From NCBI GenBank assembly GCA_012295275.1, contig CM022673.1, forward strand, positions 14,446,001 to 14,510,000: a stretch of 64,000 nt of DNA. Direction: 5' to 3'. Of the stretch, positions 13,944-27,673 are shown piece by piece. The DNA is from Chrysomallon squamiferum (taxonomy: Eukaryota; Animalia; Mollusca). Below the pieces are notes generated by a model that worked only from the letters and a program-made list of their open reading frames with translations, made no database searches and was not told the DNA's origin. The stretch's first letter is position 1. Each line of letters opens with the position of its first letter. The position numbers and the translations under genes are program-made.

Positions 13944-14351
13944 GTTTTAAATATCTAGGGTTTCAATTCCTTTTTAAAAAAATTATATTACAGAACTTGC
14001 AAAGTTACAGAACACCTATTTAATTTATCAAGCAGATATTTGTTCATATATGAATAAATAGATGGATAAAGAAAAACATGTTTCATAATTGGACATTTTA
14101 AAAATATTAAATATTTGTTTGTTTTTGTTTTTTAATTGTCCACTTTTATCCATATTGCTATGATGAGTAGTTGTTGTTTGATTCATCATTTTTTAAATCT
14201 TCAGCTGCAGCGTGATGTGCGTAGTGACAGTGAGGAGGAGGATGAGGACGATGTTGCTGATGATGATAATGTGAGACAACCAGTGATGAACGGGGCGGCA
14301 AAGTCCCCTGTCACACGAGAAAACAACAACGAAACTCCACCTGAGAAATGA
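5158..14351 (+). CDS. CERS5/6: Ceramide synthase (LASS/CerS5-6-like; homeodomain plus TLC domain), 10 exons, ~386 aa
   Basis: Exons 5158-5342, 8306-8432, 9198-9304, 10194-10251, 10793-10843, 10939-11031, 11412-11540, 12916-13022, 13425-13581, 14205-14351. All introns GT-AG, phases consistent, 1161 nt in total. Motifs: N-terminal FWxxxFWLP..WKDL, homeobox-like LSEKEIQRWFYRRR, Lag1p motif RKDFWEMTIHH...VHDMSDY, acidic C-terminal DVRSDSEEED. Confidence 0.96.
6003..6245. repeat. 39-bp minisatellite (~6 copies) in CerS intron 1
   Basis: Unit tgatcattatgatgataatattatatactgctatttttctaa-like. Accounts for the spurious ORFs 5869-6168 and 6005-6358. Confidence 0.85.
8921..9148. repeat. 34-35-bp minisatellite (~7 copies) just upstream of CerS exon 3
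   Basis: Unit aaacagaaataacagatgtttctgtacaaatg(g/t)t, near-perfect copies. Confidence 0.9.
11516..12072. repeat. ~50-bp minisatellite spanning the CerS exon 7 donor site
   Basis: Unit catga..tgactgggttgct|gtatgtataaacagtttataatcactattt, about 11 progressively degenerate copies. The first copy overlaps the exon end at 11540. Confidence 0.9.
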
Positions 14352-16343
14352 AAACAGCAGCTACAACCACTCCTCAGTCCTTATAAACTCACATCTTTGA
14401 TAGATTTTGTGTAATTGTGAAAACAGACTGTGTCGTGAATATGTAAATTTTTCTTTTCTAATTCACACCAAACTTTCCGACAGATAATGTTTGTTATATT
14501 ATATTTATATAATTATTTATGACATTTGAAATGTCAGGGATTTTTTAACAGTTTTGATGGTGTTTTCTAAGAGATTTCCATTTTATTTTCATTTTTTTAT
14601 GTTCTTCATTTGACAATAATATTCAGGAAAACAGGTATTTTTCATATTAAATGTCATTTGGATAGACATAATAGTATCTACACATTTAATTTCATTTTCA
14701 TTTTTTTTTTTTTTAAATACAAAATTATTATTATTATATATTATTGTTTACTACAGGCTGAAATTAAAATAAAATGTATTTTTTTTTTATAATATAATTC
14801 TTGTGAAATGTATGATTTAAAACAAAATATTTTCTACATCTATTTGGTGTGTATATTTGTACAAGTATTTAAAATACAAGTATTGAGTTGTATTTAAAAT
14901 TAAAAAATTTTGCAATACTGTTATATGAATGTATTTTCTTCAGATAGTATTAATGGAGTCATTTTGAAGATTAAGTTATACCAGTTTTATTTTTCACTTT
15001 TAATCTGATTTCAGCTTTTTTTTTTCTTTGAATTGTTTAACACAGTTTGTAATATTAATCTTTGTTTTTAATAGCAGTTGTTTCTTTCTTTATATTTGTT
15101 TAGTTTTTGTTTAGAACATTATTTTCAAACCTTTTGCTTAACTCTTTTCTTTTATGGGCTTATTATTATTATTTTTTATTTAGATGTAGGGCAGCATAAA
15201 TTTTCTTTTTTTTTCTAACATATCTCTTAATTTGTTAAAAATATATGAAGTATTGTCTAATTATTTTCTTTGTGTATTTGTTTCAGATAGCTTGATATTA
15301 CTCTTTTATTTATTCAGTTTTGTTTTTAGATTAATATTTGAAGTAAATTTAATTAATACAAATCTGTTACAACTTAATAGATAATTTTTTTTTTTTCTTC
15401 TTTCCCTAACAATGTCAAAAAGAAAAAATTTGGAACACACATACACACACACATGCATGCACGCACACAAACTAACACAAACACACACATAAATAAGTAA
15501 TAAGAAAGAAAAATGAAAGAAAGAATGCCATCAATAAACAAAACATAAAAAATAAAAATATAAACAATGTCAGATGTTCTTAACATATTTAAAATAAACC
15601 TAATTTATTGTTTATTTACTGAAAAAATTGTTTGCTTAAATAACCAAAATCCTCTTTATATATTCATTCCAAAATCTTAAATCAAAAGTTTACTACATGT
15701 CCCACCAGAAAAAAATTAAAAATAATAAAAATAATAATAAAACCTCCAAGAATTAAATTATTGTCTTTCTATTATTGATGAACAGTTTTATTCTAAATGT
15801 TTGTTTTTATCCACCCAGTTTTGACAATGATTTGTTGTTGGTTTTTTTTTTTTGGTAGAGTGTGGGGGATTTTTCTTACTAACTAAATAAATGTTTTCCA
15901 TGACTGTTTGTTTAATTTATGTCTGAAGTTTGTACTGTCTCAGCATGTTTCTCTTTTTTACTCTCCTCTCTGAGATGTTTTTACGTAGCTGAAAATACGG
16001 AGGTTCACTTTTCATTATTTGAAATTGTTTTTATTATTTAACTTTTCTTAATTTTTTTTTTTTAAATTTTGATTTTTTCATTTTCAAATTTTTTTTATTT
16101 GACTGACATACATTTTCAACATTTCCTTTGTTTTAATCTCACCTCAAATAAGGACGTACATTTTCAGAAATTACTTAAGGCTTAAATTTGACCTTGACCT
16201 TTGCTCAATCTTCTTGGATGCCTGATAATTTCTGCTCCCTGTGTCTTGTTTGTCAGTGCTGACTGAAAAGTTTTTTGTTTGTATCAAGTTAATTAGTGTA
16301 TGAATTGTTGGCCATGACTTTTTCATCAGAGAATCACAGAATA

Positions 16344-16375
<32 letters not shown>

Positions 16376-18486
16376 AAGAAAAAAAAAGAAGATACTGTCT
16401 GTATCTAATTAAAATATGCTGACATATTTCTGTCTGTATATATTGTTAAAGAAATAGTAATAACATTAACAAAAGAAATAATGTCTTCCTACCTAACATC
16501 TCCTGTATTTTAGAAAAAATGTTATGTACTGTTATGTTTATCACATTTCTTTGTTATACAGAACTGTGTGTTAATTTACGTGTTTCAGAACACAAGTATT
16601 ATTGTTTATATTTATTGACAGTGCTAACATGTTTTAATAAAACTGTTGATAAAATTTTACAAAAGAAAACAGCATTATTTTGTATATTTGTGACCACCCA
16701 CCTACAGAATGATTAATATAATTCAATTATTTTTGATAATGACTTGTTAGTCCATATAAATCACATACAAAGGCTGAAATAGCAGTGGTAGCTATTGTTG
16801 TAGTGCTAGTAATAGTAGTAGTGGTAATGATATTTATTTATCAAAATAATCCCATTTGGAATGTTTGTATGTGTTGCTTTTTCTGTTTTAAGTAAATAAC
16901 ATTCAGTCTATTAAAACCTAAAGGAACATACTAAAATGAAAATTTACAAAAATGTAACTATATTTTCATTAAAAAACAATGCTAAATTATCAAAATTTAG
17001 GAATATATTTAAGAGAAATATGTTTTCGTATTGCCATCAAGTAGTTATTTAGAATGTCTCTATTGTTGTATAAAGTTTTCCTAGTATATTTTTAGGAATT
17101 AAATATTTGTTTTACAATAAAATAAAGAAATCCATCAATGTTATAGAAATTTATTATATTATTAATGTTATACTTCATATAAAAGCTTCTTTTTTTTTTG
17201 GAGAGAATGTTTACAGTGGTTATTTTATCCATCTTTTTTTTCACTTGATAACAAACCTGTGCAATTGTTTAAAGCTGTATAGATATACTGTTGCTTATTT
17301 TAATGCTTGGTTTTTTATTTATTCTGCTTGATTGTCTGTGGTCTGAGAAATCCATATTCAACTTTTGGGTGTCAAAAACAAAATAATAAACTGAAATTGT
17401 GAAAAACATTTTTATTAAATGTTAATTATAGTGATATCAGAGGATTTATGAAACTAGCTTTTATTTCTGTTTTTTTTTTGTTTCAAGCTGGTTTTTTTCT
17501 TGACATTTGTGTAGGTAGTTTGAAATTTAGAATGTTTGTTTTTAATCTCATTAATTAATTTTATTTAGTGAAAAATGTTTAAATCAAATATGCTCAGAAA
17601 TATTTATTTTAATTTTATTATTTAAAAGAAAAAAACATTGTACATTTAATAGCTGATCTAATTACAGTCAAATATGGGATCAATTTAGTTAATTTAATTA
17701 TACTTTTACTTCTTTTTTGCACAAGTATGTTGGGGACTATGTTTATTACAGCTATGTAATAATTGGTATAATTGGCTGTTACCAGTATGCATGAATGTTA
17801 CACGATTTTTGATTGGATGGCACAAGTTTGTTTTTAAATTTGGTGACTGGTTATTTGTTGTTACAGAAATTTTACATGTTGAGTATATATTTCTACAGAT
17901 GTGGGACCAGGTTAAAAACTGGTAAAACTGCTGAATCTACCTTAAGGAAAACTAAATAATATTTGACCAGCAAGAAGAAAGCTTTATTTTGCATAATATT
18001 TAGTTTGTTTTTTTCACACAAAATGGTGTCCAAGAAACATAATTTTTGAAGTTATTTTATTTTTGAGTGTTTGGTAAATGGCTGTTGCATTTTTTTTACC
18101 ATATTTTGTAGTTTGTGCATTTCTGCCTTATATTGTGATGTAAATAATGTGAATTTTGTAGTGGTGAACGTTAATTTTGAGGACTTCAAACATAAAATAT
18201 TTTGTGATAAACTGCAATCAGGGAATCTTGAAGTTGTTGTGAAAATAATTATTTTCAGTTTGATTCTTTTGAAATTTAAAACAAAATGTGATGAGACTGA
18301 ATAACTGGCCAATAGCAAGCAATGCAAATAAATACAAGTGACAGGAATAATTAATAACTGAAAAAAAGAAATAGCCAATGAAAATTCAGTATGTCAAATG
18401 TAACTTTTTAATAAAAAATACAGTGGAATGTGTTGAATGTTCAATTTAAATTTGAAAACTTTCTTTATAAAGCAATAAATTCCAAC

Positions 18487-18520
<34 letters not shown>

Positions 18521-19365
18521 CAAATGTTTTCTCAGAGTATATATCAAAATAAAAATAATACGATACATTTATTAAAACAGAAAAGAAAGGAAAAATGGCG
18601 ACATAGTTGTGATTTTGTCTGTATTGTGAATTTTTGTTGTATATTTGTTTTTAAAATCATCTCATCTGACTAAACATTAATTAAAGAAAAAATCAGTTTT
18701 GACCACATTGTATATTCATCAGATCCACCAAACCACCTAGTTTTGGGTAAATTGTACAAATGAATTTTGTCCGATATTAAAATGCATCTTTTCAGTATTA
18801 CCACTTCATTTTAGTCCAGTATTTCATTTTTTGTGTGGGGTTTTTTGAGTGGTTTTGGGTTTGTTTTTTTCTGCTTTCTGCTTTGGTATGATCATTATTA
18901 CAAATTATAAATAATTTTTCTTTCCTGTATCACTTTATTATTTACTTGTCATTTTGTTCCTTTTATTTGTCTGTTGTGTTTTTTCTTGTTAATTTTGTTT
19001 TTTTGTGGGTTTTTTACCTTATAAAAAAAAGAAAAAAAAAGAACAAATTTTCTCACATCCATGTTATTGAAATATTTTCTCAAGTTATATATATGTGTGT
19101 CTGTAGTTTTATGATCAAATTGATGATACATACTATCATGTTTATTTAATATCATCTAAGTGTAAGCCTGTTTGTCTAAAATAATAGACCATATTTTTTG
19201 CGAGTCCAGTAGTGACCAAAGTTTATAATATTGTAATAATTGACCACATCAGTTGACCAATGTAAAAAATGACCATTGAACTATAACCTGATTGTAGTGC
19301 AAAGTAAAACATTATTCAAGAATGTCTTGGATATTTTAAAAAAAAATTCTCTCCTGATTTACCCC

Positions 19366-19402
<37 letters not shown>

Positions 19403-21288
19403 TTCTTGTTAGTTCTTTATAGAGCCGTTTTCAATTGTTTTATTTTTATTATTATTTTTGTTGTTGTTGTTTTATGTCCTAATTTTGCACATAAGATCAA
19501 ATCAGAAGTATTTTTTTAGCAGCTGAATTCAATCAAATTGCCATAATATTAAAATATTGAATAAAAGCTGAGCTATGTTTTAAAGATATTATATTTTTTG
19601 TTGTATAGCCACACATTACTGTGTTTTTACGTTGTTCTTTGTTTTCATCTTATTCTTATGGATGAAATCCTGGGCTTAGGCCTGATTTATAAATTTATTA
19701 TCCGATATTAGTGCTGCAATTTTCATGTTTTTCATTTTATAAAAGAAAATTATATTTTTTGTTACAATGTAATTTCTGTAATACATATTTTAGATACATG
19801 TATAAATTATTTATATATAGTTTGAAATACAAGCTAAAAATTATTATTTTTTCATAAATTGATGTAATCCTTTGTACAAGATATGTAATCTAAAATGTTT
19901 TTCATTTGAATAATATTGTATCTATAGGTTCACTAACCGCTAGTTTTTATAACAATAAAAATGCATTTCACAAATTCTGTTGTCTTTGTTATAATTATTT
20001 AGACTGTTTTTGTATGTAACAAAACCCACACTTAACAGTTTCTGTGATTGTTACAAATTTTCATAATCTTTACCTTAATATTTCAAAAATAAAATTATCA
20101 TGGGAATAAACTGGAAAAGCTTAATATATGACAGTGTATTTATTTCAGACATCTTCAAGAAAAATATTTCTCAATTTCATGTTACATGCCACTATTTTAT
20201 ACAAAATGTCCTGCTTAGCTGTTTTTACATGTAAAATAAAATTTAAATACATAAGTAAAAAAAAAAAAAAACATGAATATTATTGTTCATTATTTTTTAA
20301 GTTTTGGAAAGTATTTGTAAGCTGAGCATGGAGAATTCTCATTTTTATCACTGATTAAATTTTAGTCAGGACTATTATTGATTTACTCTAGTTTTGATTA
20401 TTTTAAAAATATTTTTAAAATTTACAATGTTTAGCAATCGGTTCCTAAATTATTGTGTCAAGCATCATCATCAACATTCATCGATCTTCAAATTTTTATT
20501 TTAGAAAACTAAATTTAAAATTATTCTTCCAAAATTTTGTTTTCATATCCTCAATTATACATTTCCTTTTCAATGAATCAATATTTTAACTTTAACCACA
20601 TACTCTTTTGTACTGTTTTAATAACCTGTATGCTAATCTTAATTAATGGCAGTTTGTAAGAAGAAAATGTGTTCTTGTTTTACGTTCATAACTTCATGCT
20701 GGAAGCTTTTGGATGGAACCAAGCAACAATTTTCGGTTTCGTGAACCAAGCAATGAAAAAAGGATTACAAATTATTATGGGTTTCTAGGAATTCTGCTAC
20801 AATTCGTTATTTCGACGCTAGAAAAAACATCGATACATTAACATTCTCGCTTCTGAAGGGAGGAACGGTCTTTGAAAGATGGATTTACATCACAATTCAC
20901 ATACTGTGACATACTCCACATAGTTATGATAGTATGATAATGATGATTATGATAGTTTCAAAAACGAATTATATTTATTTTTGAATTTGCATAACTAGAT
21001 GTTGGTGATAAATGCAATTAAAACTAAAACTGGTTAATCTGGCAAGCCAAAAACGACCTGTGATGTTTCATGCGACCGTTTGCATAATTTTTCTTTTAGT
21101 GTCAAAATAACAATTCATATAAAATTTCATGAACAGCAATATCGTCTGAAGAAAGATGCCACTTCCTGTGAACTCTTTTCTTGTGAAGATACAAAAGTGA
21201 AAAGTAGTAAACAAAATATCGAAGTGAATGGATGTTATAAAAACTGATATTATTAATTATTTAATGATATAATGCTTATTTAAGACAT

Positions 21289-21730
21289 ATGGCTGAACTT
21301 TTATTACTTGAAGCATTTTATGGCGGTTCTCATAAACAACTTATAGATGTGCTATGCAGTTTCCCGAATCACGAAATCTACACCTTGCCTGATAAAAAGT
21401 GGCACTGGCGGGCACGCACGTCTGCTCTTTATTTCAGTCAGATTATTCCCCTTTCACATAAATATAGGTAACTGGTAATTTTAGCGCACCATTAAAATAG
21501 TTAATCTATATTATATTTTCTGGGTGTTCATATTTGGCATTCTTTTTAATAAGTAGAGTTTTGCGTTCAGTTATATTTTTGAAAGTTAATGCCATTCTTA
21601 TTAATTATTTGATGTACAGTATATTAATATTGTCATTGAAATCACTGATAATCAGAAATCATTTTATTACGATAATAATATGAATATTTATCATCATCAT
21701 CATCATCATTACCAATATCATTATCATATT

Positions 21731-21785
<55 letters not shown>

Positions 21786-24700
21786 GTGTATTCAGAGTTC
21801 TTTTCAGTAGCTCAGTACTGAACTTGGCAGAGCTGGTTGCTCTCAGACCTGACTTGGCGTCACTGAAAACAGTTTTGTACTTTCATGAGAACCAGCTAGT
21901 TTATCCAATCAGAAAACAGCAAGACCGTGATTTCCAGTATGGCTACAACCAGATAATATCATGGTAATGATTTTAATTACTTTTTCTGTAAATAATAATA
22001 ATAATATAAAATTAAAGAAAATAAATAAATAAATAAACAAATAAAATATAACTCCAAAACAACAAACAAAAAAACCAACCCAAAACAACAAATATAAAAT
22101 AACAAAAAAAACAACAACAACAAAACAAACAATATAGAATTAATAAAAATTATAACTCACACTGTTTTAAACTTTCATTATTTGAATTGTGGTGAAATAA
22201 AAAGCAGAAATAAAATAAAAGAAACCCTTTGCATGATTTCCTGTTTCAGCCAGACCCCTCTACTATTTTATCAAAGATTGTGGTCTGCTTAATCTCTCTT
22301 ACTTATTCATTTACATAAAAACAAAGAAACAAAACAATTCATTATAGTATTATAGTTATTTGTATATGTTTTACTTGGTGATCCTTGTCACTGTAGCTGA
22401 TTATTTTTTGTCTTGCAGTCTGGTGGCCGATGTGGTCGTTTTCAACTCAAACTACAACAAAGAGTCATTCCTATCACACATCAAAACATTTCTTAAACTG
22501 ATTCCTGATCATCGGCCATCACAGCTTGCAGAAATCATCCGTCCAAAATGTCGAGTTGTCTACTTTCCTTTGTCATGTGTCAACACTCACTTGCCTAAAG
22601 TAGCATTAAATGTTGGTGGAGAAGAGTTGATATCTGACAGAACTCTAAAAGTTGACAGAGAGCAGTTGATAGATGACAGAACTGTAAATGTTGACAAAGA
22701 ACAGTTGATAGATGACAGAACTGTAAATGTTGACAGAGAACAGTTGACGTGTGACAGAACTGTAACTGTTGACACAAAACAGTTAGATTGCGAAACAGCT
22801 GTTTCCACCTTAAATATTTCAGAACACAGAAAAGCTGAGAATATCAGTTACACAGAAATATCATCAGCCTTTGACACATCGAGACATAAAACTAAAAGAG
22901 GAGATGAAAATGACATTTCAAATTCAAATTTGTCCAGACAGGAGATGTGTGAAAAGGGGGATATGTCAGGTTGTCACATATCCAGATGTGACATAAATGA
23001 GACATCTGATGACAGCTGTACAGGCAATTATGAAAACCTTGAAGAAAACACCTGCAGACAACACAAGAACCCACCTGTGAAAAAACACTCTGAAAACTTG
23101 ACACATCCGATAAAATCACAGAAAGACAGTAATATTTTACATATAGTGTGGGCTCACCGATGGTAAACTTTCACTTAAGTTTCGTGTTTTATTTTCTACA
23201 AAATAAATTTTGAAGAGGAAATATTTTAACAAAATACAGTTATTCATATTTTAACAATATTTTAGAATGCAGTCACATAATTATATATTTATGTTTAATA
23301 TTTGTTTACTGTTAAATTATTATTATAGAAAATGTAACTAAATATTTATTTAATGCTATTTTGTACATTATTTTCTCTATTTTAAATCAGAATTATTAAG
23401 ATGATCATATGAATATTTATATTTATATTTATATTTATTATTGTTATTAATTTGTATATGCTTCTTATTACTTAGCATGAAAAATATAATTATACTTTTA
23501 TGTCAGTATTCTGTAGTGAAAATATATAAACAATTTTATATGATTAAAAATATAATAATATTAAAAATCTGTTTTAAATAATATAACACTGATTCCTTTT
23601 ATTTATTTATTTATTTTTTTCTCAGGGAACATGACAAAGATCCAGAAACATTTTTTAAAACTTTGTTTCGACTGCAGGACGAAGGTCTGTATTTCCATCT
23701 GTCAGTTTTGGGAGAATGTTTTTCAGAAATACCAGGTAAATCAGTTTAAATTTCAAAAATAAACCCTTTAAATTATTTTTATATTTTTTATTTATGCTGA
23801 GGATAAATAAATTTAAACAATGAACATAAATAATTTTTGAATGTTTTTATTTCAAATTAACAGAATCAGATCAACAAGACTGATGCTATGATCTAATCTA
23901 ATGATCTAATCTAAAAGTGACTACACAAGAATTCTTTGAGATAATTTTTAAGTTATCTTTTGGGTTTAATTAATTTGCAAAAATACTGACTTTAATACAG
24001 AGAATACAAGACTAATAACCAAATGATGATTAAAAATAACATAATTAAATTTTAGCATTTTAAAGTTCAGAGTGAACTTGTTCATTTCATTTATCAAAAA
24101 ATGTATTTGCCAACTGTAAACAATACATTTACAACAATGATGGTGATAAAATGAACAAATAACTAATTTTAATTAAGATTGTATCCTGTTTTTATCTTAT
24201 TTTTTTTTTTTTTTTATGGAACTGTTTCAGTTTTAATTCTGTTTGTATTTTTTCACAGATATATTCATGGAAGCCAGAGACAGACTGACAACACACATTG
24301 TACACTGGGGATACCAGTCTAGTAAAAATGACTATTTTGCAGTTTTATCCTCAGCTGATGTGTCTGTGTCCACAGCACAACATGAATTCTTTGGTGTTTC
24401 AATGTAAATTTAAACATAATGGAAATATTTTACATAACTATAATACATTATGTGTGTCAAAAACATAAACTATGAAAGCACATTTAAATGTACCTAATAT
24501 TTTTTGATTCTCATACATATTTCATTGTAAGATATCTAATACCTAGCACATTTTATTTTAAAACTAAACTATTGATGTTTTATTTTCAGGTTGGAGTCTG
24601 TGTGTTTTGGTTGTTATCCACTTTGTCCCAATCGACTTGTTTATCCTGAAATATTTCCAGGTTAATTAACATATAGTCTTGGTTTTTACCTATCTGTTTT

Positions 24701-25519
24701 CTTATCTGTAATACGTTTTTATTATTTTGATTCAATCACATAAGCATTTTATTACTTGAATAAGTTTAGCAGCTATGGCAAATGCAGATTTAGCCTCTGT
24801 CTAATCTTTTAATGTCCCTCTGTATTGCATTTTTCACTTTTTAATTCAGTTTCAAAATAACTGTACTACTAAGAATACATTTAAAAGTTGTAGAAAGATA
24901 CAGTTTGTTTCCTGTTTCTTCAGTGACATTATCTGTCTGTGTTTAACCCTGTTTTACAAAAATAGTTAAAATGCTTTTCTCTGGTTTTCTGAAAGCAAAT
25001 GGGACAGTTAAAATAGTTTCATACTTCAACAATTCTTTTATTTATTTTTTTATTTTTCAGATGAATGTTTGTACCGAACAACAAATCAGTTGTATAAAAA
25101 ACTGAAATTGTTTTGTCAGAAGCCATATTTACCTCGGAAACAGAAACCACTGGTGGGTAGTTGTTAATATCTGTATTTACTGTGTTTTAAGACTAGTGAT
25201 TACTTTAGATTTGATGATAATTCCAAGATAATCAATTTACTCTAAATGTAATCCAGATTGAATGAATTTTTTTTTATTAATTTATGGAATTACTGATGGA
25301 TCATGTGCTCAAACTGAAATGAAAGATTAATAATAAAGTTCTGTTTTGTCTCCAGAATTGTTAAATAACAAAATTGGGGGGTTTATGTTGATGGTGGGTT
25401 AAAAGGTTTTTAAACTTCTTAAATCAAACATTTCACTTTCTTTTTTTCAGATTAATATTGACAGATTTAGTTGGAAGAAACTTGAGAAAGAATATTGGCA
25501 ACTTTTACAGTTAAGCTAG
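21289..25519 (+). CDS. GTDC1: Glycosyltransferase-like domain-containing protein 1 (tRNA-queuosine alpha-mannosyltransferase, QTMAN), 8 exons, ~525 aa
   Basis: Exons 21289-21467, 21796-21963, 22419-23162, 23626-23735, 24259-24403, 24590-24660, 25061-25152, 25451-25519. GT-AG introns, phases consistent, 1578 nt in total. Family motifs: [79 protein letters not shown]. Confidence 0.96.
22609..22788 (+). repeat. Coding 39-bp (13-aa) tandem repeat inside GTDC1 exon 3
   Basis: About 4.5 copies of [13 protein letters not shown] (gttgacagagagcagttgatagatgacagaactgtaaat), in frame. Confidence 0.9.
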
Positions 25520-26080
25520 CTTGAAATTATTATTTTTTCACTTTAGCCGTGTTTCTTGTTATTTATTTTGCTTAAAATACTTTAAGAATTTATCCAAGAA
25601 ATCAACAAAATCATTTCATATATAGAATGTCTTCTATTTTATTTAAAAACAAAGCTGTATATAGAATTCAAACCCAAACATAACTTACTGTGTTACAATT
25701 TTACAGTAACAACACACTGATCACAAATAAAGAATTGTTGTCTTAGGTAATCTGTGTGAACCTTAATATTTTTTACATTAAATAAATATCATAGTACTGG
25801 GATTTGCTTTTATATCGGATTAAGGAGATTCAGGATTTATGCACTGCATATAAAACAAATTTCATTTTGTGCATGTGTTGTGTGCATATGTATTCTCTTT
25901 TATTACCTATATACAATAATTAATGTAAAATATTTCAGATTTCTCATCTGAATACACTATACATCATTTTAAAAAACTGTCTAGAGAAAACAGAAATATT
26001 TTTGTACGTGATTAACACTGTCAAATCTGGTATCACTGGAAAAAATTAAAACTAAATTCATCATATTTAAAATCTAGATC

Positions 26081-27641
26081 CTATTTTTTTTGTACTCCTT
26101 GTGCTGTGAGCACTAAATGACGTCCACCTGAAAAAGAAAAAAAAACAATGATTTTTAAACTGTTTTCCATCATTAACAGATTTCCACACACAAACGTCAT
26201 TTTATCAACAACCAAAAAAAATAACCTATCACTATTTTTAATTGTATTTAGCTATTTACCATTAAAAGTGCATAATGCCAGTAACAAAATAGCTTTTTAG
26301 CTACAAATAAGATATATTTTACCTTTATGAATAGTCCTAGCAATGAACGATATTTACTTGTATGAATATACCTAGTAATAAACACAGTATTATTTACCTG
26401 TATGAATACATATACCTAGTAATAAACACGGTATTATTTACCTGTATGAATACACTTAGCTGGTAATACACAAGATATTTATTTACCTGCACGATTTCTA
26501 TGTTCACAAAGCCAGATTCCCTGCCATGTTCCGAGATTGAGTTTTCCATCCGTAAGAGGAATTGTCACACTGCTTCCTATCAGAGCTGCTTTTATATGTG
26601 CTGGCTGACAAGAAAGAGAAATAAACACAATAACTAGTGAAATAATTTAAATCAAGTTTTACTTTATCACCTGACAAAAATTATCATGTTTATTTAAATG
26701 TTTTGTTTACAGATTTAAATTTTTTTGCTAATAATTAAAAATAAGTATAATCAGGTATACACACAATCAGTAAACATAACAGAGACAAATATTTTCACTG
26801 CCCTGACTTTTTAAATTTTTAATGAAGTATTTAGTTGTTGTAAAAGTCACTACTAGTTTATACATGGGTCATTTTATAATTGTTATCTGATATTATAAAA
26901 TGAGGACAAGTTTGTGGTTAACTCACCATGTCATCAGGTCCTTCACATGAATGTCTGTAATTAGATCCCTGAAACATCGGTAAACCAGATGTAGCAGTGA
27001 TTACAGAAATACAACAACTGACAACCTATTTAACCTAGCTGCAGTTTTAATTACTGAAAAATAAACTACTCACAACAATTTTTAATAATAATAATAATAA
27101 AAAACAAACAAATAAATAATATAATTATTGTAACAGCTTTTTAAATCCTATTTTTACAGACCATAGTTGACGATGGTTCACAGTAAACTGATTTTCTATC
27201 TCTAATGAAAATTTTATTTTTAATTTGATAAAAATATATTTACTTACTTCTGGAACAATTTTGTTTAACATCATCTCAGTATCTACCCTGGAAAACATAA
27301 ACAATTCAGAGACATTTTAATTAATAAACCCAAATGGCAGATTTTATTACTGCAAAGAAATAATAGCAGATATATTATGTCATCAATATAATTACATTCA
27401 GAAAAGTTTCCCATTACTTTTCAAGTAATTAATCTTTAGAAATTATCTATCAAATGCAGATAATGTTCCAAATTTGGACATAAAAATTTATTCAATTTAA
27501 AATACAAGATAATTTATCATTATATAAAATAAGTGTTTTTCTTACCTTACATCAGGATCCCAGTTCTGCAGGAATAAGTTAAAAACAAATAAACAGAATA
27601 TGATTTATGAAATGTCATTTAATTTTGTATCAAAAATGAGA

Positions 27642-27673
<32 letters not shown>

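Noticed and set aside
20685-20735. Weak resemblance (MLEAF-G...) to the start of GTDC1 exon 1, suggesting a pseudo-exon
   Set aside because: Similarity is limited to a few codons and is compatible with chance.
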